Below are positions 1 to 8,072 of a stretch of DNA of 40,280 nucleotides, piece by piece. The stretch comes from an uncultured Anaerolineaceae bacterium. GTDB taxonomy: Bacteria; Chloroflexota; Dehalococcoidia; Tepidiformales; Tepidiformaceae. Position 1 is the first letter of the stretch; every line of letters starts with the position of its first letter. Below the pieces are notes generated by a model that ran no database searches, was not told where the DNA came from, and saw only the letters and a program-made list of their open reading frames with translations. The DNA lies in contig CAZCDK010000001.1 in assembly GCA_964497285.1 (NCBI GenBank), positions 9,472 through 49,751 of the forward strand. Direction: 5' to 3'. Both the position numbers and the translations under genes were made by a program.

Positions 1-60
1 GGCGCAGATGGGCAAGTTCGGGGTTTCGGTTTGGCCTCCGGCCCCGTACCGTTGTTGGCC

Positions 61-861
61 ATGACGAAGGCATTTCAGGGTCAATGGTCACTCATCTTGG
101 GAGCATCAAGCGGCTTCGGCGCAGCCGCCGCCCGCGAGCTGGCGCGGCACGGGTCGAACATCTTCGGCGTTCACCTCGACCGGCGGCAGGGGATGCCCGC
201 GGTGGACGCCATCGCCGCAGACATCGAATCGAGTGGTGCGCAATCGAAGTTCTTCAACATCAACGTGGCCGATGCCGAGAAGCGCCAGTCCGCGATAGAG
301 GAAATGAAGGCGGCAACCGGCAGTCCCCTGAGGGTTCTGCTCCACTCGATCGCGTTCGGGACGACGGGGCTCTCGCTGCTACCCGATCCGGCCGGTCAGG
401 CACTGAACCAGAAACAGATCGAGATGACGCTCGATACCATGGCCAACAGCCTCGTCTACTGGATCCAGGACCTGTTTCGCGCCGGGCTGGTAGGAAAAGG
501 AACGCGGATCTACGGGATGACCAGCGCCGGAAACCAGCGGGTCATCCCCGGCTACGGCGCCGTGTCGGCCGCGAAATCCGTGCTTGAATCCCATCTGCGG
601 CAGCTTGCGGTCGAGCTTGCACCTCACGGTGCTACCGCCAACGCGATCCAGGCGGGCGTGACCGACACGCCGGCGCTTTCGAAGATCCCCGGGGCGGAGA
701 GGTTGCGCGAGTTTGCGCGGCTGGCCAACCCGGCGGGGCGCATGACCCTGCCGGAAGACGTGGCCCGGGCCCTGGTTGCGCTCTCGGCCGACGGAACAGA
801 GTGGATGACGGGAAACGTAATCCGAATCGACGGCGGTGAAGACCTCGTCATCACCCCGTGA
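61..861 (+). CDS. Short-chain dehydrogenase/reductase, enoyl-reductase-like
   Basis: ORF 31..861. Rossmann glycine motif LILGASSGFG. The putative catalytic pair Y-GAVSAA-K has Tyr-x6-Lys spacing, as in FabI/FabL-type enoyl reductases, not the classical Y-x3-K. ATG 61 places the glycine motif about 10 aa from the start; TTG 31 remains possible. Confidence 0.8.
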   Translation: MTKAFQGQWSLILGASSGFGAAAARELARHGSNIFGVHLDRRQGMPAVDAIAADIESSGAQSKFFNINVADAEKRQSAIEEMKAATGSPLRVLLHSIAFGTTGLSLLPDPAGQALNQKQIEMTLDTMANSLVYWIQDLFRAGLVGKGTRIYGMTSAGNQRVIPGYGAVSAAKSVLESHLRQLAVELAPHGATANAIQAGVTDTPALSKIPGAERLREFARLANPAGRMTLPEDVARALVALSADGTEWMTGNVIRIDGGEDLVITP

Positions 862-917
862 TCGCTGCGGTGGGCCGCGCGCGGGAGCCTGCCCACGCCC
901 CAACGAGGCAAGTACTA

Positions 918-955
918 AACAAGAGAGGCCTCCCTCGCGAGAGACCTTTCTTGTT
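918..955 (+). terminator. Imperfect long hairpin downstream of the SDR gene (possible intrinsic terminator)
   Basis: AACAAGAGAGG (918-928) pairs with CCTTTCTTGTT (945-955): 11 bp including one G-U. An inner 3-bp extension follows. The right arm ends in TTGTT, but there is no clean U-tract. Confidence 0.4.
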
Positions 956-1042
956 GGAAGCGCGGTCGGGGAGGGCGAGTCGTACTAGCAGAGCAGTTCA
1001 GGGAGGGACGGACTAGCCGACCGTTCGCTTCCGTTGGGACAA

Positions 1043-1058
1043 TGTGAATCCTATCACA
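1043..1058. promoter_or_regulatory. Perfect CRP-consensus palindrome TGTGA-ATCCTA-TCACA
   Basis: Read directly from the sequence. It lies in the low-GC intergenic region 168 nt upstream of the acyl-CoA dehydrogenase ATG (1226). Confidence 0.55.
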
Positions 1059-1225
1059 ATTCACTACATGATCTAAAGAGCCGGGCGCTTCAAACTTTCG
1101 ATACCCACCTCCCCTCCCGTCGATGCGTCCCCCGGGGAGCCTGAAGGCCGGCACTTTGTGCTTGCCGCGCCCGTGGAGGTCGATGACAATGTGGGCACGT
1201 TATTCCGAAAGCAGGTAGTTCACGC

Positions 1226-2401
1226 ATGGCTATCAACCTTGGAGACAATCCGCACGAGGCAACCTGGCGCAAGGAAGTACGCGACTTCATCGCCAACGAA
1301 ACCCCGGCGGCGATGCGCCAGACTGGCGACGCCGGCGGAGAGGGCGCCTTGTTCGCGCGGGGCCGCGACGCCATGGGGGCGATGCTGGAGTGGCGCAACA
1401 AGATCATCGCGCGCGGCTGGATCGCCCCCGCCTGGCCGAAGAAGTACGGCGGCGCCGGCCTCGGCGTCCTCGAGCAGTTCGTCATGAGCGAGGAGTTTGC
1501 GGAAGCGGGCGTCCCGGGCAACCTCGGCGGCTTCGGCGTCATGATGATCGGCCCGACGCTCATCGAGCACGGCACCGAGGAGCAGAAGGAAGAGCACCTC
1601 ACACGCATCCTCAAGGGTGAAGTGGTCTGGTGCCAGGGCTACAGTGAGCCAGGCGCGGGCAGCGACCTGGCGGCGCTTCAGACGCGCGCCGTCCGTGACG
1701 GCGATGACTACGTGCTCAACGGCCAGAAAATCTGGACGACGGGCGCCCAGTTCTCCGATTGGATGTACATGCTGGCGCGCACCGACCCCGACGCGCCGAA
1801 GCACCGCGGCATTACCTATCTGCTCGTCAACATGAAAAGCCCGGGCGTGACTGTCCGTCCGCTCACGACGCTCGCGGGCGTGCAGACTTTCAACGAGGTG
1901 TTCTTCGAGGACGTGCGCGTGCCCATCCGCAACCGTGTCGGCGAAGAGAACCGCGGCTGGTACGTGGGAACCACGACGCTCGACTTCGAACGCAGTTCCA
2001 TCGGCAGCGCCGTCGGAGTGCGCAAGGCGCTCGAAGCGCTCATCCGCCAGGCCAAAGAAGGTGGCGAGGTCTCGTTCGAGCGCAATCCGCACGTCAAGAC
2101 GGAGTTCGTCGATCGCTGGATCGAGTGCGAAGTGGCCAAGATGCTGAGCTACCGTGTAGTCAACATGCAGGTTCGCGGCCTCATTCCCAACTACGAGGCA
2201 AGCATGTGCAAGCTGTTCTCCAGCGATCTGCAGCAGCGAATCGCGAACCTCAGCATGCACTTGAACGGGATGTACGGGAACGTTCGGGGCAGGGCGGCCA
2301 TGGGGTACATGCAGGCCGTAAGCTCGACCATTGCCGGCGGCACAACAGAAGTGCAGAAGGGGATCATCGCTACTCGCGGCCTGGGGCTCCCGCGCGGATA
2401 G
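1226..2401 (+). CDS. Acyl-CoA dehydrogenase (FadE-like)
   Basis: 391-aa ORF with WCQGYSEPGAGSDLAALQTRAVRDGDDYVLNGQKIWTTG and a C-terminal IAGGTTEVQKGIIA motif, both typical of acyl-CoA dehydrogenases. Close paralogue of 31336..32511. Confidence 0.9.
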   Translation: MAINLGDNPHEATWRKEVRDFIANETPAAMRQTGDAGGEGALFARGRDAMGAMLEWRNKIIARGWIAPAWPKKYGGAGLGVLEQFVMSEEFAEAGVPGNLGGFGVMMIGPTLIEHGTEEQKEEHLTRILKGEVVWCQGYSEPGAGSDLAALQTRAVRDGDDYVLNGQKIWTTGAQFSDWMYMLARTDPDAPKHRGITYLLVNMKSPGVTVRPLTTLAGVQTFNEVFFEDVRVPIRNRVGEENRGWYVGTTTLDFERSSIGSAVGVRKALEALIRQAKEGGEVSFERNPHVKTEFVDRWIECEVAKMLSYRVVNMQVRGLIPNYEASMCKLFSSDLQQRIANLSMHLNGMYGNVRGRAAMGYMQAVSSTIAGGTTEVQKGIIATRGLGLPRG

Positions 2402-2412
2402 CTGGCTCGCAG

Positions 2413-2452
2413 CGCCGAATCCGGCTGCCCTGATCGTCGCCCGGATTCGGCG
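2413..2452 (+). repeat. Perfect 12-bp inverted repeat with a 16-nt spacer
   Basis: CGCCGAATCCGG (2413-2424) and CCGGATTCGGCG (2441-2452), starting 12 nt after the ACAD stop codon. No T-tract follows, so it is either a terminator-like hairpin or a protein-binding site. Confidence 0.5.
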
Positions 2453-2820
2453 AGCCTGAAGGCACGCACCAGCGCCGTCAACATCTGGACTGACCGCTCT
2501 GGCCCCCGATCGTTGGGGCTCAGAGCGAGACTGACTCGAAGGATCAGCAGCATGGCCGGACGGTTCGTTGGGACTCGGCGGAAACGCAGGCTGATTGCGC
2601 GCGCGGAATCGAGAGGCCCTATACTGGGCATCGAGAGCTTCAGGAGCTTTGTTGGGGGCACGCCATGAGCTGGCCAACCACCGCCGCGAGGCTGGGGGCC
2701 GCCGCTGGTACCGCCCGCGCGAGCCGGCGCACGGGTTCGGTGCTGGTTGAGGAGCCCGTGGCGACTTGGGTCTTCCTGCCCGGGGACAACGCCCGGGGGC
2801 ACCGTCCGGAGGGACCGGCT

Positions 2821-3573
2821 ATGGATGACGGCGCGGCGCTGGTGGCTGTCCTGGAGCGCTGCCCCTTGCTCGCTGGCCTGGCGACCAGGGAAGTGGCCGA
2901 GATCGCCTCGCTCTGCCGTTTTCACGCCGTCAGCGCGCAAACCGACGTGTTCGTCGAGGGACAGCGCTGCGACGGGCTCTGGGTCCTCGCCAATGGCCGC
3001 GTGCGGCTCTACCACTCGGCGGCAGACGGTCGCCAGCATGTCGTGAGCTTCCGAGGGCCGAGCTCGGCCCTCGAACTCGGCCCCGCGCTTGACCGGAGAA
3101 CCTACACCGCGACCGCGACTGCCCTTGAGGACTGCGTGCTTGTCTTCGTGCCCCGGCCGGTAATCTCCCAGCTCGCTCAAAACTACCCGGTGACCGTTCG
3201 GAACACGATCGACCAGCTGTGCCTCGAATTGCGGCAACGCGACATCGCCACCGCCGTCGCGACCCTCAAGGACGCCCGCGGCCGCATCGGCTGCGCCCTC
3301 CTCCAACTGGCGCGCCAATACGGAGTCGATACTCCGCAGGGATTGCGCATCGGCTTCCGCCTCACGCGCCAGGACATCGCCGACCGGTCGGGCGTGACTA
3401 TCGAGACGGCGATCCGCGTCCTTTCCGACCTGCAGCGCCAGGGGATACTGCGCACGCACGCGCAGATGATCGAAATCCTTGACATGGAGCGACTGCAGGA
3501 CCCGACGAACTGCGGCGAATGCCAGTTCGATTGCTCGGTGTTCGGCCCGAGCCTGTCGCTGACCGGGTCCTAG
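2821..3573 (+). CDS. Crp/Fnr-family transcriptional regulator with a C-terminal Cys cluster
   Basis: ORF 2665..3573. cNMP-binding-like N-terminal domain (LERCPLLAGL...GLWVLANGRVRLY). C-terminal helix-turn-helix (LTRQDIADRSGVTIETAIRVLSDLQRQGIL). ATG 2821 is preceded by GGAGGGA and gives the usual short N-terminus. The tail carries C-G-E-C-Q-F-D-C. Confidence 0.85.
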   Translation: MDDGAALVAVLERCPLLAGLATREVAEIASLCRFHAVSAQTDVFVEGQRCDGLWVLANGRVRLYHSAADGRQHVVSFRGPSSALELGPALDRRTYTATATALEDCVLVFVPRPVISQLAQNYPVTVRNTIDQLCLELRQRDIATAVATLKDARGRIGCALLQLARQYGVDTPQGLRIGFRLTRQDIADRSGVTIETAIRVLSDLQRQGILRTHAQMIEILDMERLQDPTNCGECQFDCSVFGPSLSLTGS

Positions 3574-3658
3574 ATCCAGCACAGGCGAAGGCCCCGGGTC
3601 TGTTCCCTGTCCCCCGGGACCACCACGCTCGAACCAACGGGCAATCGCGCGCAGCCGG

Positions 3659-3674
3659 GGTGATCGCCGTCATG
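3659..3674. promoter_or_regulatory. Weak member of the TGA-N6-TCA palindrome family (GGTGA-TCGCCG-TCATG)
   Basis: Read directly from the sequence, 86 nt upstream of the MFS start codon. Only the xxTGA/TCAxx core is symmetric. Confidence 0.3.
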
Positions 3675-3759
3675 TCACTGCGATGCCCGGGCGAGCGTTA
3701 CTTGGCCATGTTCTCTGAAGTCCTCCCGGGGCCCGGCGGGCGTCTGACCCGGGCACACC

Positions 3760-5025
3760 ATGAGTGACGCCGCCGCCGCGAGCGGTTGGCGGGCGCGGTT
3801 TCCGGCTCTTCAGCACCGGGACTTCCGCATCCTCTGGTTCGGCATGTTCTTCTCCAGCGCCACGATGATGTTTCAGTTCTACGCTCAGGGCTGGTTCGTT
3901 CTCGGCATGACGGGTTCGGCGGGCCTGCTCGGGCTGCTTGGAGTTTCGCGTGGCACCGGCATGCTCCTGTTCAGCCTCTACGGCGGCGCCCTCGCGGACC
4001 GGATGGACCGCCGCACGCTCCTCATGGCGACCCAGTCCACGGCGTTTGCGGTCTACGGTCTGCTGTCGATCCTCGTGATCACGGACCACGTCGGGCTGTG
4101 GCTTGCATTCGCGCTAATCTTCGTCTCCGCATCGGTGGAGTCCATGGACGCGCCCGCGCGGCAGGCACTGGTGCCTCACCTCGTGCCACGGGAACACCTC
4201 CCGAATGCCGTTGCCCTGTTCATGGCAGCGCAGGTGAGTTCCTATGCATTCCTGCCGCCGATGGCCGGCCTGGCGATCGAAACCATTGGCGTGGGCGGCG
4301 CTTTCGCCCTGAGTCTCATCGGACATGCCGTAGTGGTGCTGGCCCTGCTGACGCTGAAGGTCCGGGCGAGACCGGCAAGGGGAGCATCGAGTGTCTTCCG
4401 CAGCGTGGGCGACGGGATCACCTATGCCGCGGGCCGGCCGCGCGTGCTCTGGGTGCTCGCGTTCGGCGTGTTCCTGGGGATACTCGGGTTCCCCATCATC
4501 AGTACGTTGGCACCGTACTGGATGAAGCATGAGCTGGGGCTGGGGGCCGGTGGCTGGACACTGATGGGATGGATGTGGGGGCTCGGGACGCTCGTGAGCA
4601 CAGTCACGCTCTCCGCCCGGAACACCCCGAGGCATCTCGGCCGGATCATCGTCGGCGCCACGACAGGATTCGCGCTGACGCTCGTGGTCTTCGGGTTGAC
4701 GAGGTCGCTGCCCCTCGCGGCCATCGCCTGGTCGCTGAATGGGACGTTCTTCACCGCGAACATGATCGCGTCGACTTCGCTGCTTCAGATAATCGTGGAG
4801 AACCAATACCTCGGTCGCGTTATGTCGCTTCGCGGGATCTCCTCCGCCGTCAACCAGATGGCGGCGGCACCGCTCGGGTCCCTGGCCGACGGTATCGGGA
4901 TCGGGCGCATGGTGCCGGCAGTGGCCGCCCTGCTCGCGGCGCTAGTTGTCGTGCCCACGTTGCTCAGCCCGACTGTGCGGACACTCGACGCCGAGGCCCA
5001 GCGCGACGCGGCCCACGGGGGATGA
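3760..5025 (+). CDS. MFS transporter
   Basis: 421-aa ORF with about 12 hydrophobic segments. N-terminus FRILWFGMFFSS and the loop motif GGALADRMDRR are typical of the MFS DHA3/EntS-like group. Confidence 0.85.
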   Translation: MSDAAAASGWRARFPALQHRDFRILWFGMFFSSATMMFQFYAQGWFVLGMTGSAGLLGLLGVSRGTGMLLFSLYGGALADRMDRRTLLMATQSTAFAVYGLLSILVITDHVGLWLAFALIFVSASVESMDAPARQALVPHLVPREHLPNAVALFMAAQVSSYAFLPPMAGLAIETIGVGGAFALSLIGHAVVVLALLTLKVRARPARGASSVFRSVGDGITYAAGRPRVLWVLAFGVFLGILGFPIISTLAPYWMKHELGLGAGGWTLMGWMWGLGTLVSTVTLSARNTPRHLGRIIVGATTGFALTLVVFGLTRSLPLAAIAWSLNGTFFTANMIASTSLLQIIVENQYLGRVMSLRGISSAVNQMAAAPLGSLADGIGIGRMVPAVAALLAALVVVPTLLSPTVRTLDAEAQRDAAHGG

Positions 5026-5039
5026 CGCCGCCGACAGAC

Positions 5040-5055
5040 TATGACAGTCATCATA
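5040..5055. promoter_or_regulatory. Perfect palindrome TATGA-CAGTCA-TCATA (candidate Crp/Fnr-type operator)
   Basis: Read directly from the sequence. It lies between the MFS stop (5025) and alpha1. A hexamer GATGCT (nAnnnT) follows after exactly 21 nt (5077-5082). Confidence 0.65.
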
Positions 5056-5190
5056 CGCCGGAGGCGAGCTATCTTCGATGCTCGCTGACGGTCGTGCCCG
5101 GCCGCGTTGCCCGCTGTCCGGGACGTTTCGGCATTGCCGGCGGCCAGGGCGCCCGTGTGGAACACGCGGACGCGCTTGAAGGAGATTGTG

Positions 5191-7974
5191 ATGGTCCTTG
5201 AATCCGCTGCCAGTCTTCAAGTGAGCTCAGAAGAGCGGTACCGCGAGCGCTGGTCGTGGGACACCGTGAACTGGGCAACCCACTGCATCGACTGCTACCC
5301 CGGCAACTGCCAGATGCGCGTTTATCTCAAGGATGGTCACGTCTTGCGTGAAGAGTCCGCAGGCGTCTACCCCACTGTCCAGGAAGGCGTCCCCGACATG
5401 AACCCGATGGGATGCCAGAAGGGCGTGGGCTGGACGCAGATGCTCGACTCCCAGGAGCGCCTGCTCTACCCGCTCAAGCGAGACGGCGAGCGGGGCTCCG
5501 GGCGGTGGAAGCGGATCAGCTGGGACCAGGCCGCAACGGAGATCGCGGACGCCGTGATCGACGCTGTCCAAGAGCTCGGACCCGAATCAGTGATGGCCCC
5601 ATCGGGCTGCAACCTCGGCACCTGGGGAGCCACGGGACGAGCGCAGTACATGCGCATCATCGGCGGGCTTACAACCGACCTGAACGCGGAGATGAACGAC
5701 TTCAGCCCGGGCCACTACCTGACGTGGGGCACGTTCGACCCGGTTAGCAGCATCGATGATTGGTTCCACGCCGAGCTGACCTTCATCTGGTTCCAGAACC
5801 CGTTCTACACGCGCATTCCGCACATCCACTACGCGCTGGAGAGCCGCTATGCAGGCGGGGAGGTCTGCACCGTTGCGCCCGACGCCTCGCCATCATCGAT
5901 CCACTCCGATTACTACGTGCCGGTGAGGATCGGGAGCGACGCCGCGTTCGCGCTCGGCATGGCCCAGGTTGTCATCGAAGAGGGCCTGGTCAACGAGACC
6001 TTCGTCCGCGAGCAAACCGACCTGCCTCTGCTGGTGAACCCCGCCACAAAACGGTACCTCCGCCAGTCGGACCTTGATGAGGGCGGAAGTGAGGACCAGC
6101 TCTACGCATGGGACGCCATTTCCAACAAGCCAGTTCCGGCACCAAAAGGAACTCTCTTCTGGGGCGCGGCCGCGCCCGCGCTCGAAGGCGAGTGGACCGT
6201 GCAGACGAAGAGCGGGCCGGTGAGGCTGACGACCGTCCATGCGCTGATGCGTGAACGCCTGAAGGAGTACACGCCGGAGAACGCCTCCACCATTTGCGGC
6301 ATCCACCCGGACACCATCCGAACCCTCGCACGCAAGGTTGCGTCAAAGCGAACCAATATCCTGTGCTGTCTCAACAACGCCGGCAAGCACTATCACGGCG
6401 ACCTGATCGAGCGCTCGCAACTGCTCCTCCTTGCGCTGACAGGCAACTGGGGACGGCACGGCACAGGCGTGCGCGCCTGGCTCAGTGGCCTCATGGACGG
6501 CTGGTTTACACCGCTGGCGAAGACGAAGCGAGGGCCCCAGGAACTGAGCGCAATGCTCGACACCATGGAACAGATGGTCGGCATGATTCAAGGCCAGGAT
6601 CCGACCCTCACCCGGGCCCAACTGGCGATCATGCAGGCGAAGATGCCCGGCCAGGGGCAGGGCACCGGGTTCGTACCGCCCGTATTCTGGTGGTATCGCC
6701 ACGCAGGCTACAAGGACGCATGGCAACGTCGTGAATGGCACGACCCGAGCATGGTGCGCGAGTTCGACGACTACTTCCAGGAAGCCGTCGCCAAGGGGTG
6801 GTGGCAGGGTGTCGACCTGCCGCGAGAGAACCAGCCCACGCGCGTCGTGATCGAGTGCGGCGGGAACTTCGTCCGCCGGACTCGCGGCGGCGGCAAGATG
6901 TTGCTTCAGCACCTCTTTCCAGGGCTAAAGATGGTGGCCACGCTCGACGTGCGCATGAGCGGGACGGCGATGCTGTCGGACATCGTCCTGCCGATTGCCC
7001 ACCAGTACGAGAAGCTTGGCTTCGGCATTCCAAGCACGCACACGATGAACCTCACCTTCAGCGATAAGTCGGTGGAACCGCCCGGCGAGGCAGTCGACGA
7101 GTGGGAGGCGTTCCGGCGGCTGGCGGAAAAGCTCGAAGAACGCGCCCGCGCCCGGGGAGTGCAGGTCTACAGCAACGCCCTCGGCGGCCAGCACGACCTC
7201 CAGAAAGCCCACAGCACGTTCACCGCCAACGGCCTGTGGGTCGACACGGAGGCCATGTTCGATGAGATGATCCGCGACAGCGCCCTCATCGGAACGCTGC
7301 CCCCCGACGCAAGCCTGGAAGAGGTGCGCCGGAAGGGGTTCTTCCGCTTCCAGGGACTCGGCATCTCGGCGCGGGCACTCGCACAGGCGACCGACCCCCA
7401 ACCGGACGAGACATTCGTTCCGTTCCGCAACCACGTCGAGAAGGGCGAACCCTATCCAACCCTCTGCCGGCGCGCCCAGTTCCTCATCGAACACGAGTGG
7501 TTCATCGAGGCCGACGAGCATCTGCCCCGGCACAAGGACGCCCCCGCGATGGGCGGCAGCTACCCGTTCCTGCTTACAAGCGGCCACAACCGCTGGAGCA
7601 TCCATTCACTCAACACGGCCAATCACCTCATGCTGGATACCCACCGGGGCACCCCGCACCTTGTGATGATCAAGCTCGATGCAGACCCACTTGGGATCGT
7701 CGACAACGAGACGGTTCGCGTCCACAACGACCAGGGCGACTTCGAGGTGCCGGTCAAGATCTCGCCAACGGCACAGCCCGGCCAGGTGATTGTCTACAAC
7801 GGCTTCGACACCTACCAGTTCCCCAGGTGGGCGTCCGTCAACGACGCCGAACCGGGCATGATCAAGTGGTTGCACCTGGCCGGTGGCTACGGGCATTTGC
7901 GCTACTGGGCGACGGAATGGCAGCCGTGCGCAGTGATGCGGGGAACACGCGTGGGAATCACCAGGCGCCCCTGA
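5191..7974 (+). CDS. Molybdopterin oxidoreductase catalytic subunit, type II DMSO-reductase family (NarG/EbdA-like), paralogue alpha1
   Basis: ORF 5107..7974. ATG 5191 is preceded by GAAGGAG. The N-terminus YRERWSWD..THCIDCYPGNC..NPMGCQKG is a NarG-like FS0 cluster motif. MNDF provides the candidate Asp ligand for Mo. At 927 aa it is in the EbdA/SerA/DdhA size class. No twin-arginine signal. Confidence 0.9.
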   Translation: MVLESAASLQVSSEERYRERWSWDTVNWATHCIDCYPGNCQMRVYLKDGHVLREESAGVYPTVQEGVPDMNPMGCQKGVGWTQMLDSQERLLYPLKRDGERGSGRWKRISWDQAATEIADAVIDAVQELGPESVMAPSGCNLGTWGATGRAQYMRIIGGLTTDLNAEMNDFSPGHYLTWGTFDPVSSIDDWFHAELTFIWFQNPFYTRIPHIHYALESRYAGGEVCTVAPDASPSSIHSDYYVPVRIGSDAAFALGMAQVVIEEGLVNETFVREQTDLPLLVNPATKRYLRQSDLDEGGSEDQLYAWDAISNKPVPAPKGTLFWGAAAPALEGEWTVQTKSGPVRLTTVHALMRERLKEYTPENASTICGIHPDTIRTLARKVASKRTNILCCLNNAGKHYHGDLIERSQLLLLALTGNWGRHGTGVRAWLSGLMDGWFTPLAKTKRGPQELSAMLDTMEQMVGMIQGQDPTLTRAQLAIMQAKMPGQGQGTGFVPPVFWWYRHAGYKDAWQRREWHDPSMVREFDDYFQEAVAKGWWQGVDLPRENQPTRVVIECGGNFVRRTRGGGKMLLQHLFPGLKMVATLDVRMSGTAMLSDIVLPIAHQYEKLGFGIPSTHTMNLTFSDKSVEPPGEAVDEWEAFRRLAEKLEERARARGVQVYSNALGGQHDLQKAHSTFTANGLWVDTEAMFDEMIRDSALIGTLPPDASLEEVRRKGFFRFQGLGISARALAQATDPQPDETFVPFRNHVEKGEPYPTLCRRAQFLIEHEWFIEADEHLPRHKDAPAMGGSYPFLLTSGHNRWSIHSLNTANHLMLDTHRGTPHLVMIKLDADPLGIVDNETVRVHNDQGDFEVPVKISPTAQPGQVIVYNGFDTYQFPRWASVNDAEPGMIKWLHLAGGYGHLRYWATEWQPCAVMRGTRVGITRRP

Positions 7975-7999
7975 AAGGCGGCCGGCAAGAACCCTCGAT

Positions 8000-8032
8000 C
8001 GGCGGGGCGAAAGTGCCCCGCCGCGCTGCTTT
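8000..8032 (+). terminator. GC-rich hairpin after alpha1 (candidate intrinsic terminator)
   Basis: CGGCGGGGC (8000-8008), loop GAAAGT, GCCCCGCCG (8015-8023), followed by CGCTGCTTT. The U-tract is short. Confidence 0.5.
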
Positions 8033-8072
8033 GAAGGGGTCCTCCGACTCCAGATCGGGGGCCCGCCGTCGA

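Noticed and set aside
1220-2677. Very long ORFs antisense to, or frame-shifted over, recognised genes. Examples: 1220..2677 (-), 2191..3582 (-), 8084..9424 (-), 9578..10939 (-), 16271..17614 (-), 23508..25619 (+), 28821..30431 (-), 30299..31282 (-), 31489..32541 (+), 34064..35377 (-), 35387..37546 (-).
   Set aside because: These are typical high-GC shadow ORFs. Their translations are Arg/Ala/Gly/Pro/His-rich and low in complexity, with no recognisable motifs. Each is fully overlapped by another ORF that has unmistakable family signatures and ribosome-binding sites.
5107-5190. N-terminal extensions offered by the ORF track (5107 for alpha1, 2665 for Crp/Fnr, 15956, 18596, 30179, 32531, 33105, 34031, 32583 on minus, 25853 on minus).
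   Set aside because: Internal ATG/GTG starts have proper Shine-Dalgarno spacing, match the N-termini of paralogues or family norms, and remove overlaps with upstream genes. The extensions are Arg/Pro-rich and look non-coding.
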